Made by a program: the position numbers and the translations under genes. 64,000 bases of DNA, taken from the NCBI GenBank assembly GCA_944390105.1, contig CALXOV010000055.1, positions 2,930 to 66,929 on the forward strand, read 5' to 3'. Below are positions 20,594-30,392 of this stretch, in pieces. The DNA is from an uncultured Succinivibrionaceae bacterium. Lineage in GTDB: Bacteria > Pseudomonadota > Gammaproteobacteria > Enterobacterales > Succinivibrionaceae. Every line of letters starts with the position of its first letter. Position 1 is the stretch's first letter. The notes beneath the pieces are model-generated. The model did no database searches, was not told the origin of the DNA, and saw nothing but the letters and a program-made list of their open reading frames with translations.

Positions 20594-21934
20594 ATGTCCC
20601 CGCTTTTTGCTGAAATCCGTGGGCTCGTGCACTTAAGCATGCCTATTGGTTTTGGGCTTTTATGCTCAGCGTTGCTCACTTTCAGCGATACCTTAATGGC
20701 AGGTCTTGCCGGCAGCCGCGATTTAGCCGGAGTCGCCGCAGGCGGCGCGTTATTTTTTCCCACCTTAATGTTTCTGCAGGGACAGCTTTCCGCCTACAGC
20801 GCCAAGCTCGGTCGGTTGTGCGGGGCGGGTCGGCATAATGAGATAGCTCCTGCCTGTTACGCCGCCTTAAGTGCTGCCGTAATTAGTGCGCTTAGCATGA
20901 TGGCTCTACTGTATACTGCAACTTTTATAATTGATCTTAAAGGCGATACGCTAATGGCACAGCATTTTCGCCACTATCTGTACTTTGCCGCGCTTGCACT
21001 GCCCGATGCTGCTTTGCTCATGGTATTGAAAGCAAGCTCTGAGGCCTTAGGCGCTCCGCGGTTATCCGCCTTTGCTGCCTTCATGATGCTACTGCTCAAT
21101 CTGCCGCTTAATTATCTGTGCATCTTTACCTTAGGCCTTGGCGGGCGCGGCTGCGGTCTGGCTACTCTCATATCCATTTCGCTCACTGCCGGAGCGTTGC
21201 TACTGATTTTGCGACGTTACTCTTCCATCTGGGCGCAGCTGCACCTGACGGCTTATCGCTTTAACTCAGCTGAAGTAAAAAACTGTTTGCGCATCAGCCT
21301 CCCCTTAGGCATCGCCGCAGCTATTGAAAGCGCAGCCTTTGCTTTAATCGCCCTATGCCTTACCCCGCTAGGCCCCTCGGTCACAGCAGGGCACAGCATT
21401 GCAATGTGCGTAAACTCGCTTATCTTTGTACTGCCACTTGCTATTGGACTTGCTGCCTGTATCCGCGGAGCGCAGGCCTACGGAGCGCAGGATAAAGCTT
21501 TGTATCACCTGCGCTTAAAAGTGCTAATGTGCTTAAGCACGCTTGTCATTATGCTTACAGTGAGTACAACCTTCATATTAAAAGATGTCCTGCCTTCGCT
21601 TTTTACTCATGATGCCGCAGCTGCTGCTTTAGCCTCCGCACTACTTAACTATGCTCTCTTTAATCAGATTTTTGAGCATTTACAATGCATCCTGTCATTG
21701 CAGTTGCGCATCTTTAAATTAAGTCACGTAGTACTTAAAGTTACGCTCTTCTGTTTTTATCTGCTGGCATTGCCCGGCGGTGCGGCATTGTGCTTTGGCT
21801 TCATTGGTCCTAATCTGGGCGCAGCAGGCTTTTGGCTGGCATTGAGCATAACGCTGCCGCTCCCTACTATGATTTACGCAGTGGTACTGCACCGAGCTTT
21901 GCGCCAAAGCTTCAAAGCAACATTGCAAGCATAA
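20594..21934 (+). CDS. MATE-family efflux transporter
   Basis: 446-aa 12-TM-like ORF. It has the same repeated architecture as the adjacent NorM-like gene. Confidence 0.7.
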   Translation: MSPLFAEIRGLVHLSMPIGFGLLCSALLTFSDTLMAGLAGSRDLAGVAAGGALFFPTLMFLQGQLSAYSAKLGRLCGAGRHNEIAPACYAALSAAVISALSMMALLYTATFIIDLKGDTLMAQHFRHYLYFAALALPDAALLMVLKASSEALGAPRLSAFAAFMMLLLNLPLNYLCIFTLGLGGRGCGLATLISISLTAGALLLILRRYSSIWAQLHLTAYRFNSAEVKNCLRISLPLGIAAAIESAAFALIALCLTPLGPSVTAGHSIAMCVNSLIFVLPLAIGLAACIRGAQAYGAQDKALYHLRLKVLMCLSTLVIMLTVSTTFILKDVLPSLFTHDAAAAALASALLNYALFNQIFEHLQCILSLQLRIFKLSHVVLKVTLFCFYLLALPGGAALCFGFIGPNLGAAGFWLALSITLPLPTMIYAVVLHRALRQSFKATLQA

Positions 21935-22090
21935 ATTACACACGCTCGCGCTTAGAGGATTTCACAGCTTCAGATTAAAAACCGCGTCTACCGCTTGATC
22001 TATTAAGTATAAGCTATAGAATATGTCGGCTTATACCTTTCCTTGTAACCATTTTGACGGTAAAGGCCCTAGAGCCTTTCTGAGGTAGAC

Positions 22091-23500
22091 GTGACGCAAG
22101 CTGTTGACCAGACTACCCCTGAAGTCGTGCCGCCCTTAGGCACAGAAGGCAAACGTATTTTCCGTTTATTCAGTCCAATATTCCTTGGACAGATCGCCCA
22201 GACCTCAATGGGCGTTGTTGATACCTTAATGGCCGGAGCTGCCGGTACTGAGCAACTCTCTGGAGTAGCAATTGCCGGATCATTTTTTTGGCCCGTACTG
22301 CTGTTTATTATCGGGCTTTGCTTTGCAGTATCCCCGATCGTCGCACAGCTGCGCGGTGCTGGGAAGCCCGAGCTGATTGCCGCACGACTGCATGTAGCAA
22401 CCATTACCTGTCTGTTATTCTCTTTTGTTGTCGCCGCATTAATGTTTGCTGCTCCCAAGCTCTACACGCTCATCCCTGACATCAATCAGGAAATGGTACG
22501 CGTGGCCAGCGGCTATCTGTATGCAATTGCTATCGGCATCCCCGGCTTTGCACTATTTAACATTCTGCGCGCCTACTCCGAGGGACTTGGCAATACCATG
22601 CCAACCTTAATCTTCGGTTTTGTCGCGCTCCTGCTCAATATTCCGCTCAACTATATCTGCATCTTCGGCAAATTTGGTCTGCCGGCCATGGGTGGTATCG
22701 GCTGCGGCGTCGCTACCACAGTCACCATCTACCTAACATCTCTGCTATTTTTAATCTACGTACAGCGCCATAAGTTCTACGCCAACTTCCGTTTATATCG
22801 GCAGTGGTATGCGCTCAAATGGAATGAAATTAAAGGCTTTCTGCACTTAGGCATTCCGCTGGCCTTAAGCGCGATGATTGAAGTAACATGCTTTTCAATG
22901 GTGTCCTTCCTGCTCACTCCGTTCGGACCAATTGTAGTGTCAGCGCATGCTATCGCGATGAATCTGTCGGGTCTGCTTTTCATGTTCCCGCTATCGCTGT
23001 CCAACGCTGTCACTATCCGTGTCGGCGAAGCTATGGGAGCGCGCCATTGGAAGCGCGCAGGGCGCTCTTTGCAGGCAGCCTTCCTCTTAGGCGCCGTTTT
23101 CGTACTGTTTAACTGCGCGCTAGTACTGCTGCTGCGCCACCAAATTATTGGTTTGTACAGTCCAGCACCTGAAGTATGGGCTTTGGCCGAAGTACTGGTA
23201 GTATTTTGCGTGTTTTATCAGTTGCCGGACAGTTTGCAAGTATTGTCTATCGGCGTGCTGCGCGGCTTTAAGGATTCACATACCATCTTCATGGTAACCA
23301 TCGGCGCATATTGGATTGTTGGTATGCCGCTGGGCTTCGCGCTGGCTTATGGTCTGCTTGGATGGGAGCCTATGGCAGCTCAGGGCTTCTGGATAGGCTT
23401 TATCGCCGCGCTGTTTACCTGTGCGGGAATTTACTTAAGTCGCCTGTATTATCTCTTCACCCGCCGCCGTATTCCCAAGACCATGCAAGCTTCAATTTAA
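22091..23500 (+). CDS. norM: MATE multidrug efflux transporter, NorM/MdtK-like
   Basis: GTG start. QIAQTSMGVVDTLMAG, NIPLNYICIFGKFGLPAMGGIGCGVAT and VLRGFKDSHTIF track E. coli MdtK closely (from memory). Confidence 0.85.
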   Translation: MTQAVDQTTPEVVPPLGTEGKRIFRLFSPIFLGQIAQTSMGVVDTLMAGAAGTEQLSGVAIAGSFFWPVLLFIIGLCFAVSPIVAQLRGAGKPELIAARLHVATITCLLFSFVVAALMFAAPKLYTLIPDINQEMVRVASGYLYAIAIGIPGFALFNILRAYSEGLGNTMPTLIFGFVALLLNIPLNYICIFGKFGLPAMGGIGCGVATTVTIYLTSLLFLIYVQRHKFYANFRLYRQWYALKWNEIKGFLHLGIPLALSAMIEVTCFSMVSFLLTPFGPIVVSAHAIAMNLSGLLFMFPLSLSNAVTIRVGEAMGARHWKRAGRSLQAAFLLGAVFVLFNCALVLLLRHQIIGLYSPAPEVWALAEVLVVFCVFYQLPDSLQVLSIGVLRGFKDSHTIFMVTIGAYWIVGMPLGFALAYGLLGWEPMAAQGFWIGFIAALFTCAGIYLSRLYYLFTRRRIPKTMQASI

Positions 23501-24003
23501 CTGAAAACCGCACCCTGTCCCAAAGCTGCGCGCAGGAATATCAACGGGCAGCCAAAAAACTTGTAAAACCGGCTGCATGCTACTCCCTGCCGCCGCTGCA
23601 ATATCACCAGCAGCGGCGGCACAGCGGCATCGCTGTGATGAATAACTGCTTTCATTTCCCTCCGCCTGATGATGACTTCATGCTGGACAAAAGCCCGCGG
23701 CAAAGCGGATAAGAGGAACACTGTACGCGCAGCCGAGGAGTAAAGCTGACTTAAAGCGCGCAGGCAGCGCTGCAAGCTGTGGGCTATCGCGGATTGCTGA
23801 ATATGCGAGCGGTTAGATTTATGCTCAGGCGCGCCAATTTATGATCGGCCGCTTGCCAGATTGAAATGGACAAAAATTGAAGCAATACTGTCTAAAATTT
23901 TACCTTATGACAGCCATGCCTCAATTATGATCGCCAGTACAGACTAACGCCATAATGCACCCTAAGCTAAGGCCGATACACATCAGCTCTGCGCCGGCCC
24001 AGC

Positions 24004-24030
24004 CATGTCCCCGCACGCAGCGGGGACATG
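24004..24030 (-). terminator. strong hairpin downstream of the autotransporter gene (possible terminator, no T run)
   Basis: 11-bp stem CATGTCCCCGC / GCGGGGACATG with loop ACGCA, 23 nt past the stop codon. Confidence 0.4.
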
Positions 24031-24052
24031 ATGCAATTGGCGGGCAATTTAC

Positions 24053-27000
24053 TTAAAAGCGATAGCCAAAGTTTGCACTCAGCCCAAAGGCATCGGTATT
24101 TTCCGAGCCTTGATAGCTAACGCCCAGACCTAAGGCAAAATTGCCATGGTCAGCGCTGAGGCCTAAAGCCGCACCATAGGTGAAGCTGTCGATCACCTCA
24201 GTGGACAGATTCGCCTCATAGCCGTTCACGCCGGCAAAGGTTACATCGCTATCGTACTCGTCATCGCCGAAATTACCGGTAACCATTAAGTCAAGCGCCG
24301 GAGAAATCTTCCAGTCATTGACTTTAAAGTCACGCGAGAACTTGACGCCGACCGGTACTGAGAACACGTTCAGGCTATCTGAGTCGGTGTCGGCTAAAGT
24401 CCCTGCCGCGCTATCTACGCTGTAGTCATCAACATCCAGCATGGTATAGCGCAGTCCCAGGTGCGGCGTGATGTCCACCGTTGACAGCGCAAAGCGATAC
24501 TGCGCAGTGACGCCCAAGGATAATGCGGTGCTGTCCACAGAGGTAGACAGCGTGCCGTAATCATCCAGCCCGCTGCTGGCATCCACATCGTTATCTACGC
24601 TCGTATAGCTGATATCTGCCAGGATATCGAGGTTTTCCACCGGGTTGATGGCGGCATACGCGGCCAGCGCCCAGTAGTCAAAGTCATTATCCACCGCCGA
24701 GCCCGCGTCCTGACCGTCAGCCGAGCCTGAGCCGATATTGAACATCACGCCGGCCTTAACGGTATTCATAAAGGCGTAATCCGCGCCTAAGGCCGCACCG
24801 TACAGATCTACGTCGGCCCCAGCATTAAGACCGTCGGCATCCAAGCCGTCGGAATCTTGGCTGCGGTATATCGGAGCAAACCACAGCCCGAAGCCGTTAT
24901 TCTCGGCCACGGTGAGATTTGACATTACGCCGATGCCGGCACGTGCCGCGATAGCATCAGTCGTTGACAGCGCGGCCTGTTGCGCGCTCTGCACCACGCC
25001 GCCAAAGGCGGCCAGACGCGCTGCCGTCTCCAGCGACAAACCATTGCCGAAGCCGGTGGCATCCTGAATGAAGTCCATACCTAACAATACCGGCTCGTCA
25101 TCCCCTGGCTGCCAGCCCTCCGGCCGTGCGTCTTCGCGGATTTCCTGCACGTGCTCAAGCACGTCCATAGCGTAAGTATAGGTGGCATCGGACAGCCCTG
25201 AAAGAATGCCGCGCGTATTCGACCCTAAGGTCATCTGCAGCTCATCCAAGGTCTTGCCATCCTCAAGGTAGCCGACATACAAGCCGTTTTGCGTGGTGAA
25301 CTTCAGGCGATAGTCGCCATCGGTCTTAATAGCAATTGGATTGCTAGACTTTTCATTCTCAAAGGCCTGCTTAATCTGATCGGCGGTAGTACCGGCCGGC
25401 ACCACGATTTGACCGCCGCCGGCCACTAAGGATCCGCCGTTAGTTCCTTCAAAGATAAACGTGGCCCGATCCTCGCTTAGAGCATTGGCTGTCAGCACCA
25501 TGGAGCCGCCCGCGCCAAAGTAGATGGCGTCGCTCTGCACCTTAGTACGCAAAGTTGCAATATCCGCACTGCCCACCACGATGCTGTGGCCATCGGCGAT
25601 GTGCAGACCGGTGCGATTAACCATCAGCACAGAACCGTAGGCACCGTCAACCAGCGAGCCGCCTTGCTGATAGCCGGCAATCCCGGTAAGCAGCTCGTCT
25701 TTGGTCATGCCTACACCCAAGGCTGAGTTCTTACCGACTATCACATTACCATCAAGCTCCATGTCCTCAGCGTCTGTGCTCGGCCTCTGCCCAAAGTACT
25801 GCACCGTAGCTACAGCAGTTGCATCGCCAAAAGCCGGATCAATCTCTAAGGTAGCGCCATTGAGTGCCAAGTTTTCCACGTGCAGCGAACCGGTTGAAGC
25901 GCTTTCGCTGGCCGAGCCTTCGCTGCCAATACGCAGCGTGCTGCCGTCACTCAAGCTAAGGGTAGTCGCAGTTACGGTTGACGCACCGACTACATTCATA
26001 TCGCCAGACACGTGAATCTCAGAGGCATCCATGCTGCCGCCGTTAGCAACGTTAATCGCGTCTGCAGTGACGCTGCCGCTTACTGCAGCTGAGGAGGCGT
26101 TAATGTTAATCGTAGCGGCCTGCAAATTGGCGGCATTTAAAGAAGAATCGCTCTGCAAAGAGAGCTCACCCTCAGTCGCGACATCCGCTGCCTGCAGGGC
26201 TGAAGCGCTTGCAAGCTTAATACTATCCGCAGCAGTCACGTCACCTGCGCTGATGTGGGCGTCGGTTTGCTCTATCTTAGCTACGGCAATATCTGCCGCC
26301 GCGCAGCCATCGGCAGCGACAACGCTCACGGCAGACTGATTTACGCTCAAAGTACCATCGTCGCCGCTAATAGCGCCAACCTGTCCGGAGGCATTCACCG
26401 TAAAGGTTCCGCCCGCGCCGATATTCACCGCAGCCGTATTACCTGCAGCATCCGCCACCAGCTTATCTCCCGCGGTAGTGCCGTACACTGCCAGCGTACC
26501 AGCAGCGGTAACTTCTAAGTTATCCGCGTTTTCAGCCAGCTTAACGGCTTTCCAGCCGCCGGTGACGCCGCCTGCGACATTAGTCAGCACGGACGAACGG
26601 GTTTCCTCGTTATCAAAGGTCAGAGTCAAATCACCGGTAGTGCTGCCCGCGTCGCCCTGCAGCTTGTCGAAATCAACCATGCTCTCGCCGGTAGACGGAT
26701 CTGTTTCAGTCGGGATATCAACAGCATCATTGACTAAGGATACCAGACCGCTGCCTGAGGCCAAGACACTCAGTAAAGAATTAGCCTGGGCTACAGTATA
26801 GCCGCCGCTGACATTGGCCATATCCAAGCGGATGGTGCCGTTTTGCATGGAGAGCTTGCTGTATCCGCTGCTGGTGCTGAAGCCATTGCTACTAAAAGTA
26901 AGACCTACAGTATCAGCTGCGTCGGTCAAATCAACGATACCGCCGTTAACTGTCACGTTATTGCCGCCGCTTAAGTCCACCGTGTTATTCTGATTATCAC

Positions 27001-29038
27001 CGCGCACAATCAAAGTGGCATTACTTGCGATCTCCCCTTGGCCGGCCGCGACATTTAATGTCTGCACACTCAAAGAAGAATTGGCTAAAACCTCTAAGCT
27101 TTGCTCTAAGCCTTCTGCGCCTGATGCAAGGGTCACGGTGTCGGCGATCACGGAGACTTGTGCCGCCACATCGTCTTCGTCCTCATCATCGCCGATGCTC
27201 AAGCTGCCGTTATTGACGGTAATATCCTGCACGTTCCAAGTGCCTTGCCCAAAATTGGACAGCGCGCCGGAACCGCTTAAAGTAAGATCGGCGTTAACAC
27301 TGTAAGCGCCTGCAGCCGCAAAATTCATCTCGCCGCGATCAGCCAGCACAATGGTTCCCGGATGATCCGCAGCGGCAGTAACATCGCTCAGGCTTACGTT
27401 GCCGCCCGCATTAATTTCGCTTTCAACACTTCCAGTTCCGCCGCCTAACGTAAAGACGTTATTGGCGTCTACCTCCAAAGTTAAATTACCATTGACTATC
27501 AGCTCCAAACTGGCGGTAGTAAGCGAGCCGCCGCTTACCCTAAGATTATTAAACTCCACTGCAGAATGAGCACCAGAATCCTCCCCAGCGTTGTGTAAAT
27601 GCTGATCGCTAAAAAGCGCGGAGCTTACCGTGGAGTTCGCGGCAGTCACGTACACCGTGCCCTCCCCCTCCTCACCCGACTCATTTTCTGCCTGAATTAA
27701 GCCGATAGGGCCCAAAGCAGTTAAAGTATCTACCGTATCAACTAAGACAATAGCGTTATTCTGTACAATGATCTTGCCGCCGGACGCTTTATCCTCACTT
27801 GCTGAAGCTTTCAGGTTAATATCCGAGATTTCGTATACACCAGGCCCGTCAAATATTAATTGCGTTTTTTCCGGTACGATATAGGTGCCGCTTAAGTTTT
27901 GTGCTAGAGATACCGTGTCACTGATCGCGTTTAAGGCGTCAAGCTGTGCTTGTGAAACATTACTGCCAAAAGTTAAGCTACCTGAATTGATCTCAACGGT
28001 ACCATTTTCATTATTCAGTGCTATCCCCTGCAGCGTTAAATCGCCCTTAAACTCAATCGTACCGAGATTGACGATGCTGCCGCCGCTAAAAGACAGTTCA
28101 CCGCCACTGACATTCTCCAGCGAAATGTTACTGTCTGAGAGCAGCTGATAGGCTGAGTTATCGCTTGCATTGCTGATATTACCGCTAAGATACAGCGCTG
28201 CGCCGGTGGCTACATTCAGATCAACATTGGTAAAATTTCCGGTCACCGCGCCAATAATATTGCCTGAGCCACTAACTGAAATATCTGCGTCACTGACATC
28301 TAAAGTGCCAGTTGTGCCGGAGCCGTAGGCGCGAACTACAGCCAAGTTCTTACCGTCAGAATCAGCAACACCGTTTAAGTTGAGGCTGCCACCGTCAATT
28401 GTCATATATCGGGCCGTGAGCATGGAGCCGTTATTCATGTTGAAATCTGTGTTGACAGCCGTAAGCACGCCTTCGTTCTGATTGCTTGCGAAATTGTACG
28501 CTGCCATTAATGAAGCGTTCTCACGCCACGAATCCCCACGATTGCCGCTTAACGTCACTGCTGTATCGTTTAGGCTGATGCGCAAAGTCTCAATGTAGGA
28601 GCCATCACTCAGGTTAATGCTATTGCCGCCCTGCGCTACCAAAGCTGAAACGCTATCATGTGAACCCTGATCTGGCGCTACCGTTATATCATCAATGCCG
28701 GCACCGTTTGACAGGTTAATCGCAGCATTCTGCCCCAAGTTTAGGGTGCCGGATAAGTACAAGAAAGTATTAGAAGTAGCGCCATTAATTGAGCCGGTTG
28801 AGCTGACATTAATATCATGCGCATAGCTGTTTTGCGTGAACGCAGTATTATCAGTTACATTGATAAGAGCAGCATTCATGTCAGCTCCGGAAGCATCAGT
28901 TGGCAGCTCCGCCGCTTGGGTCGAGGACAAGCCAGCGGTAAATATTACCGCGCCAGCTAACCCCTTGAAATAGGCAAACTTGTAAATCGAACGATAAGCA
29001 TTTAGCAACATGCCAAGTGCGTTCTTCGTTTGTTTCAT
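24053..29038 (-). CDS. large autotransporter (type Va) with a roughly 1350-aa repetitive passenger and a C-terminal beta-barrel
   Basis: Start chosen at ATG 29036-29038 (MKQTKNALGMLLNAYRSIYKFAYFKGLAGAVIFTAGLSSTQAA, a long signal peptide), preceded by GGAGAG. The passenger is rich in S/G/A/N/T/V/L. The C-terminus (...GLSANFGYRF) ends in an aromatic residue and follows alternating beta-strand patterns typical of an autotransporter beta-domain. Confidence 0.85.
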   Translation of the reverse strand: MKQTKNALGMLLNAYRSIYKFAYFKGLAGAVIFTAGLSSTQAAELPTDASGADMNAALINVTDNTAFTQNSYAHDINVSSTGSINGATSNTFLYLSGTLNLGQNAAINLSNGAGIDDITVAPDQGSHDSVSALVAQGGNSINLSDGSYIETLRISLNDTAVTLSGNRGDSWRENASLMAAYNFASNQNEGVLTAVNTDFNMNNGSMLTARYMTIDGGSLNLNGVADSDGKNLAVVRAYGSGTTGTLDVSDADISVSGSGNIIGAVTGNFTNVDLNVATGAALYLSGNISNASDNSAYQLLSDSNISLENVSGGELSFSGGSIVNLGTIEFKGDLTLQGIALNNENGTVEINSGSLTFGSNVSQAQLDALNAISDTVSLAQNLSGTYIVPEKTQLIFDGPGVYEISDINLKASASEDKASGGKIIVQNNAIVLVDTVDTLTALGPIGLIQAENESGEEGEGTVYVTAANSTVSSALFSDQHLHNAGEDSGAHSAVEFNNLRVSGGSLTTASLELIVNGNLTLEVDANNVFTLGGGTGSVESEINAGGNVSLSDVTAAADHPGTIVLADRGEMNFAAAGAYSVNADLTLSGSGALSNFGQGTWNVQDITVNNGSLSIGDDEDEDDVAAQVSVIADTVTLASGAEGLEQSLEVLANSSLSVQTLNVAAGQGEIASNATLIVRGDNQNNTVDLSGGNNVTVNGGIVDLTDAADTVGLTFSSNGFSTSSGYSKLSMQNGTIRLDMANVSGGYTVAQANSLLSVLASGSGLVSLVNDAVDIPTETDPSTGESMVDFDKLQGDAGSTTGDLTLTFDNEETRSSVLTNVAGGVTGGWKAVKLAENADNLEVTAAGTLAVYGTTAGDKLVADAAGNTAAVNIGAGGTFTVNASGQVGAISGDDGTLSVNQSAVSVVAADGCAAADIAVAKIEQTDAHISAGDVTAADSIKLASASALQAADVATEGELSLQSDSSLNAANLQAATININASSAAVSGSVTADAINVANGGSMDASEIHVSGDMNVVGASTVTATTLSLSDGSTLRIGSEGSASESASTGSLHVENLALNGATLEIDPAFGDATAVATVQYFGQRPSTDAEDMELDGNVIVGKNSALGVGMTKDELLTGIAGYQQGGSLVDGAYGSVLMVNRTGLHIADGHSIVVGSADIATLRTKVQSDAIYFGAGGSMVLTANALSEDRATFIFEGTNGGSLVAGGGQIVVPAGTTADQIKQAFENEKSSNPIAIKTDGDYRLKFTTQNGLYVGYLEDGKTLDELQMTLGSNTRGILSGLSDATYTYAMDVLEHVQEIREDARPEGWQPGDDEPVLLGMDFIQDATGFGNGLSLETAARLAAFGGVVQSAQQAALSTTDAIAARAGIGVMSNLTVAENNGFGLWFAPIYRSQDSDGLDADGLNAGADVDLYGAALGADYAFMNTVKAGVMFNIGSGSADGQDAGSAVDNDFDYWALAAYAAINPVENLDILADISYTSVDNDVDASSGLDDYGTLSTSVDSTALSLGVTAQYRFALSTVDITPHLGLRYTMLDVDDYSVDSAAGTLADTDSDSLNVFSVPVGVKFSRDFKVNDWKISPALDLMVTGNFGDDEYDSDVTFAGVNGYEANLSTEVIDSFTYGAALGLSADHGNFALGLGVSYQGSENTDAFGLSANFGYRF

Positions 29039-29196
29039 TGAAATTTCTCTCCAAAAAATTTTTATGCAAAATTTAAGGCTCCGTTCAGCCTTTTTCAGAG
29101 CTTTGTCTCTAACGCCCAACTTTTCTATGAATTGGAGCTCCGTCCTACGGAGTAGTCATATTCCATAAGACGCCGCAAGTATTAATATAATTCGTT

Positions 29197-29208
29197 AAAA
29201 AAAAAAAA
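29197..29208. repeat. homopolymer A12 (T12 on the autotransporter strand), directly abutting the 13-bp palindrome ACATATAATATGT (29209-29221)
   Basis: Read directly from the sequence. Lies about 160 nt upstream of the autotransporter ATG in a very AT-rich region. Confidence 0.9.
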
Positions 29209-29630
29209 CATATAATATGTATTTAGAAAAATAATATTGTTTTAATTAAACTATAACTATACATCCATTTAACACGTAATATAATAAACATATTAACGCG
29301 CAAACCAGACCAATCCGACCTATTTATTTACTAATCTGGATAAGTTTTCTAACACGTACCCCCCGGTTAATCCGGCCTGTTCCTTAGAGACTCCTTTGTG
29401 TATGCGGGGGGCGGCTATGGGCAGCGGTGTTAACGGCGGGTAAATGGCAGACAGGTACAGACTGCGGTCAAGCGGCCCGAAAAAATTTTTTGCGGAAAAT
29501 CTTTGCGCGTAAGTTATCATGCCGTCTATCTCATCAAGACGCAGCAGTATTTTCGCCTAACATAGCTGCGCGTTATACTCACAAATTAACGCTGCAGTTA
29601 CAGAGTAATCAGCTAAAGGGAAGACACCTG

Positions 29631-30389
29631 ATGAAAACCATCTTTATCACCGGCGGCGCCACCGGGATTGGACGCGCCTGCGTGCGTAAATTCTTACAAG
29701 AAGGCTATAACGTGGCCTTCATGGATATTAATTCTGAGGCGGCAACGGCCGTTGTGGCCACAGAGAACAGTGCGCAGCTCTACTTTATTTACGGCAATAC
29801 AGCCAAGAAAGCTGACATTGCGCATGCCGCCGCCGCCGCGGCAGCTCGCTTTGGCTCGCTTAATGCGCTGTTTGTTAATGCCGGCATTCATCGCTCCAAT
29901 ACCGTGCTTGACATCAGCGATGAAGAGCTGGATTTAATGATTCATACCAATCTTTACGGCAGCATCAATACGCTGCGCGTGGTCACCCCATTTCTGGTTA
30001 AGGCCGGCGGCGGCTCGATTGTCATCAATGCCTCCGATCAGGTCTTTATCGGCAAGGCGCACAGCTTTGCCTATGGGCTGATTAAAGGTGCACTGGGGCA
30101 GGCCACCCGCTCACTGTCGGTGGATTTAGCGCCTCATCACATCCGCGTGAACGCGGTGTGCCCCGGCACCATTGCCACCCCGCTAGTAGATGGAGTCTTT
30201 GCGCGCACCAGCGCGAAAACCCATCAGTCCATTGACGCGCTGTGGGCGGAGGAAAATGCATTGTTTGCGCGTGGCAGCGTCGGCACGCCGCAGGAAGTGG
30301 CCGATTTAGTGTACTTTCTGACCGAAACCGGCACGTTCTGCACCGGCGGGCAGTATTTAATTGATGGCGGTCTGAGCGCCGGACTGTAG
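29631..30389 (+). CDS. SDR-family oxidoreductase
   Basis: Start at ATG 29631 (MKTIFITGGATGIGRA, TGxxxGxG motif), preceded by AAGGGAAG. Also NAG and YGLIKGAL (YxxxK). The longer ORF-track N-terminus is not SDR-like. Confidence 0.85.
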   Translation: MKTIFITGGATGIGRACVRKFLQEGYNVAFMDINSEAATAVVATENSAQLYFIYGNTAKKADIAHAAAAAAARFGSLNALFVNAGIHRSNTVLDISDEELDLMIHTNLYGSINTLRVVTPFLVKAGGGSIVINASDQVFIGKAHSFAYGLIKGALGQATRSLSVDLAPHHIRVNAVCPGTIATPLVDGVFARTSAKTHQSIDALWAEENALFARGSVGTPQEVADLVYFLTETGTFCTGGQYLIDGGLSAGL

Positions 30390-30392
30390 CGC

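Noticed and set aside
23311-23775. ORFs at 23311-23712 (+) and 23497-23775 (-) in and after the 3' end of norM.
   Set aside because: One overlaps norM out of frame, and the two overlap each other on opposite strands. The products are Arg/Ser/Cys/Pro-rich with no motif and no Shine-Dalgarno sequence. I treat 23501-24052 as non-coding.
25701-28148. Several 87-107-aa ORFs on the plus strand inside the autotransporter gene (for example 25701-26015, 26031-26339, 26478-26801, 27015-27305, 27885-28148).
   Set aside because: They lie antisense to a long, well-supported CDS with strongly biased Ala/Ser/Gly/Thr codon content, which naturally leaves the opposite strand open. They have no start context or motifs.
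29320-29630. ORF 29320-29520 (-) and the 68-aa N-terminal extension of the SDR ORF (29427-29630).
   Set aside because: The SDR Rossmann motif begins right after the internal ATG at 29631, which has a good Shine-Dalgarno sequence. The upstream part is non-SDR-like and sits in the AT-rich promoter region shared with the autotransporter.
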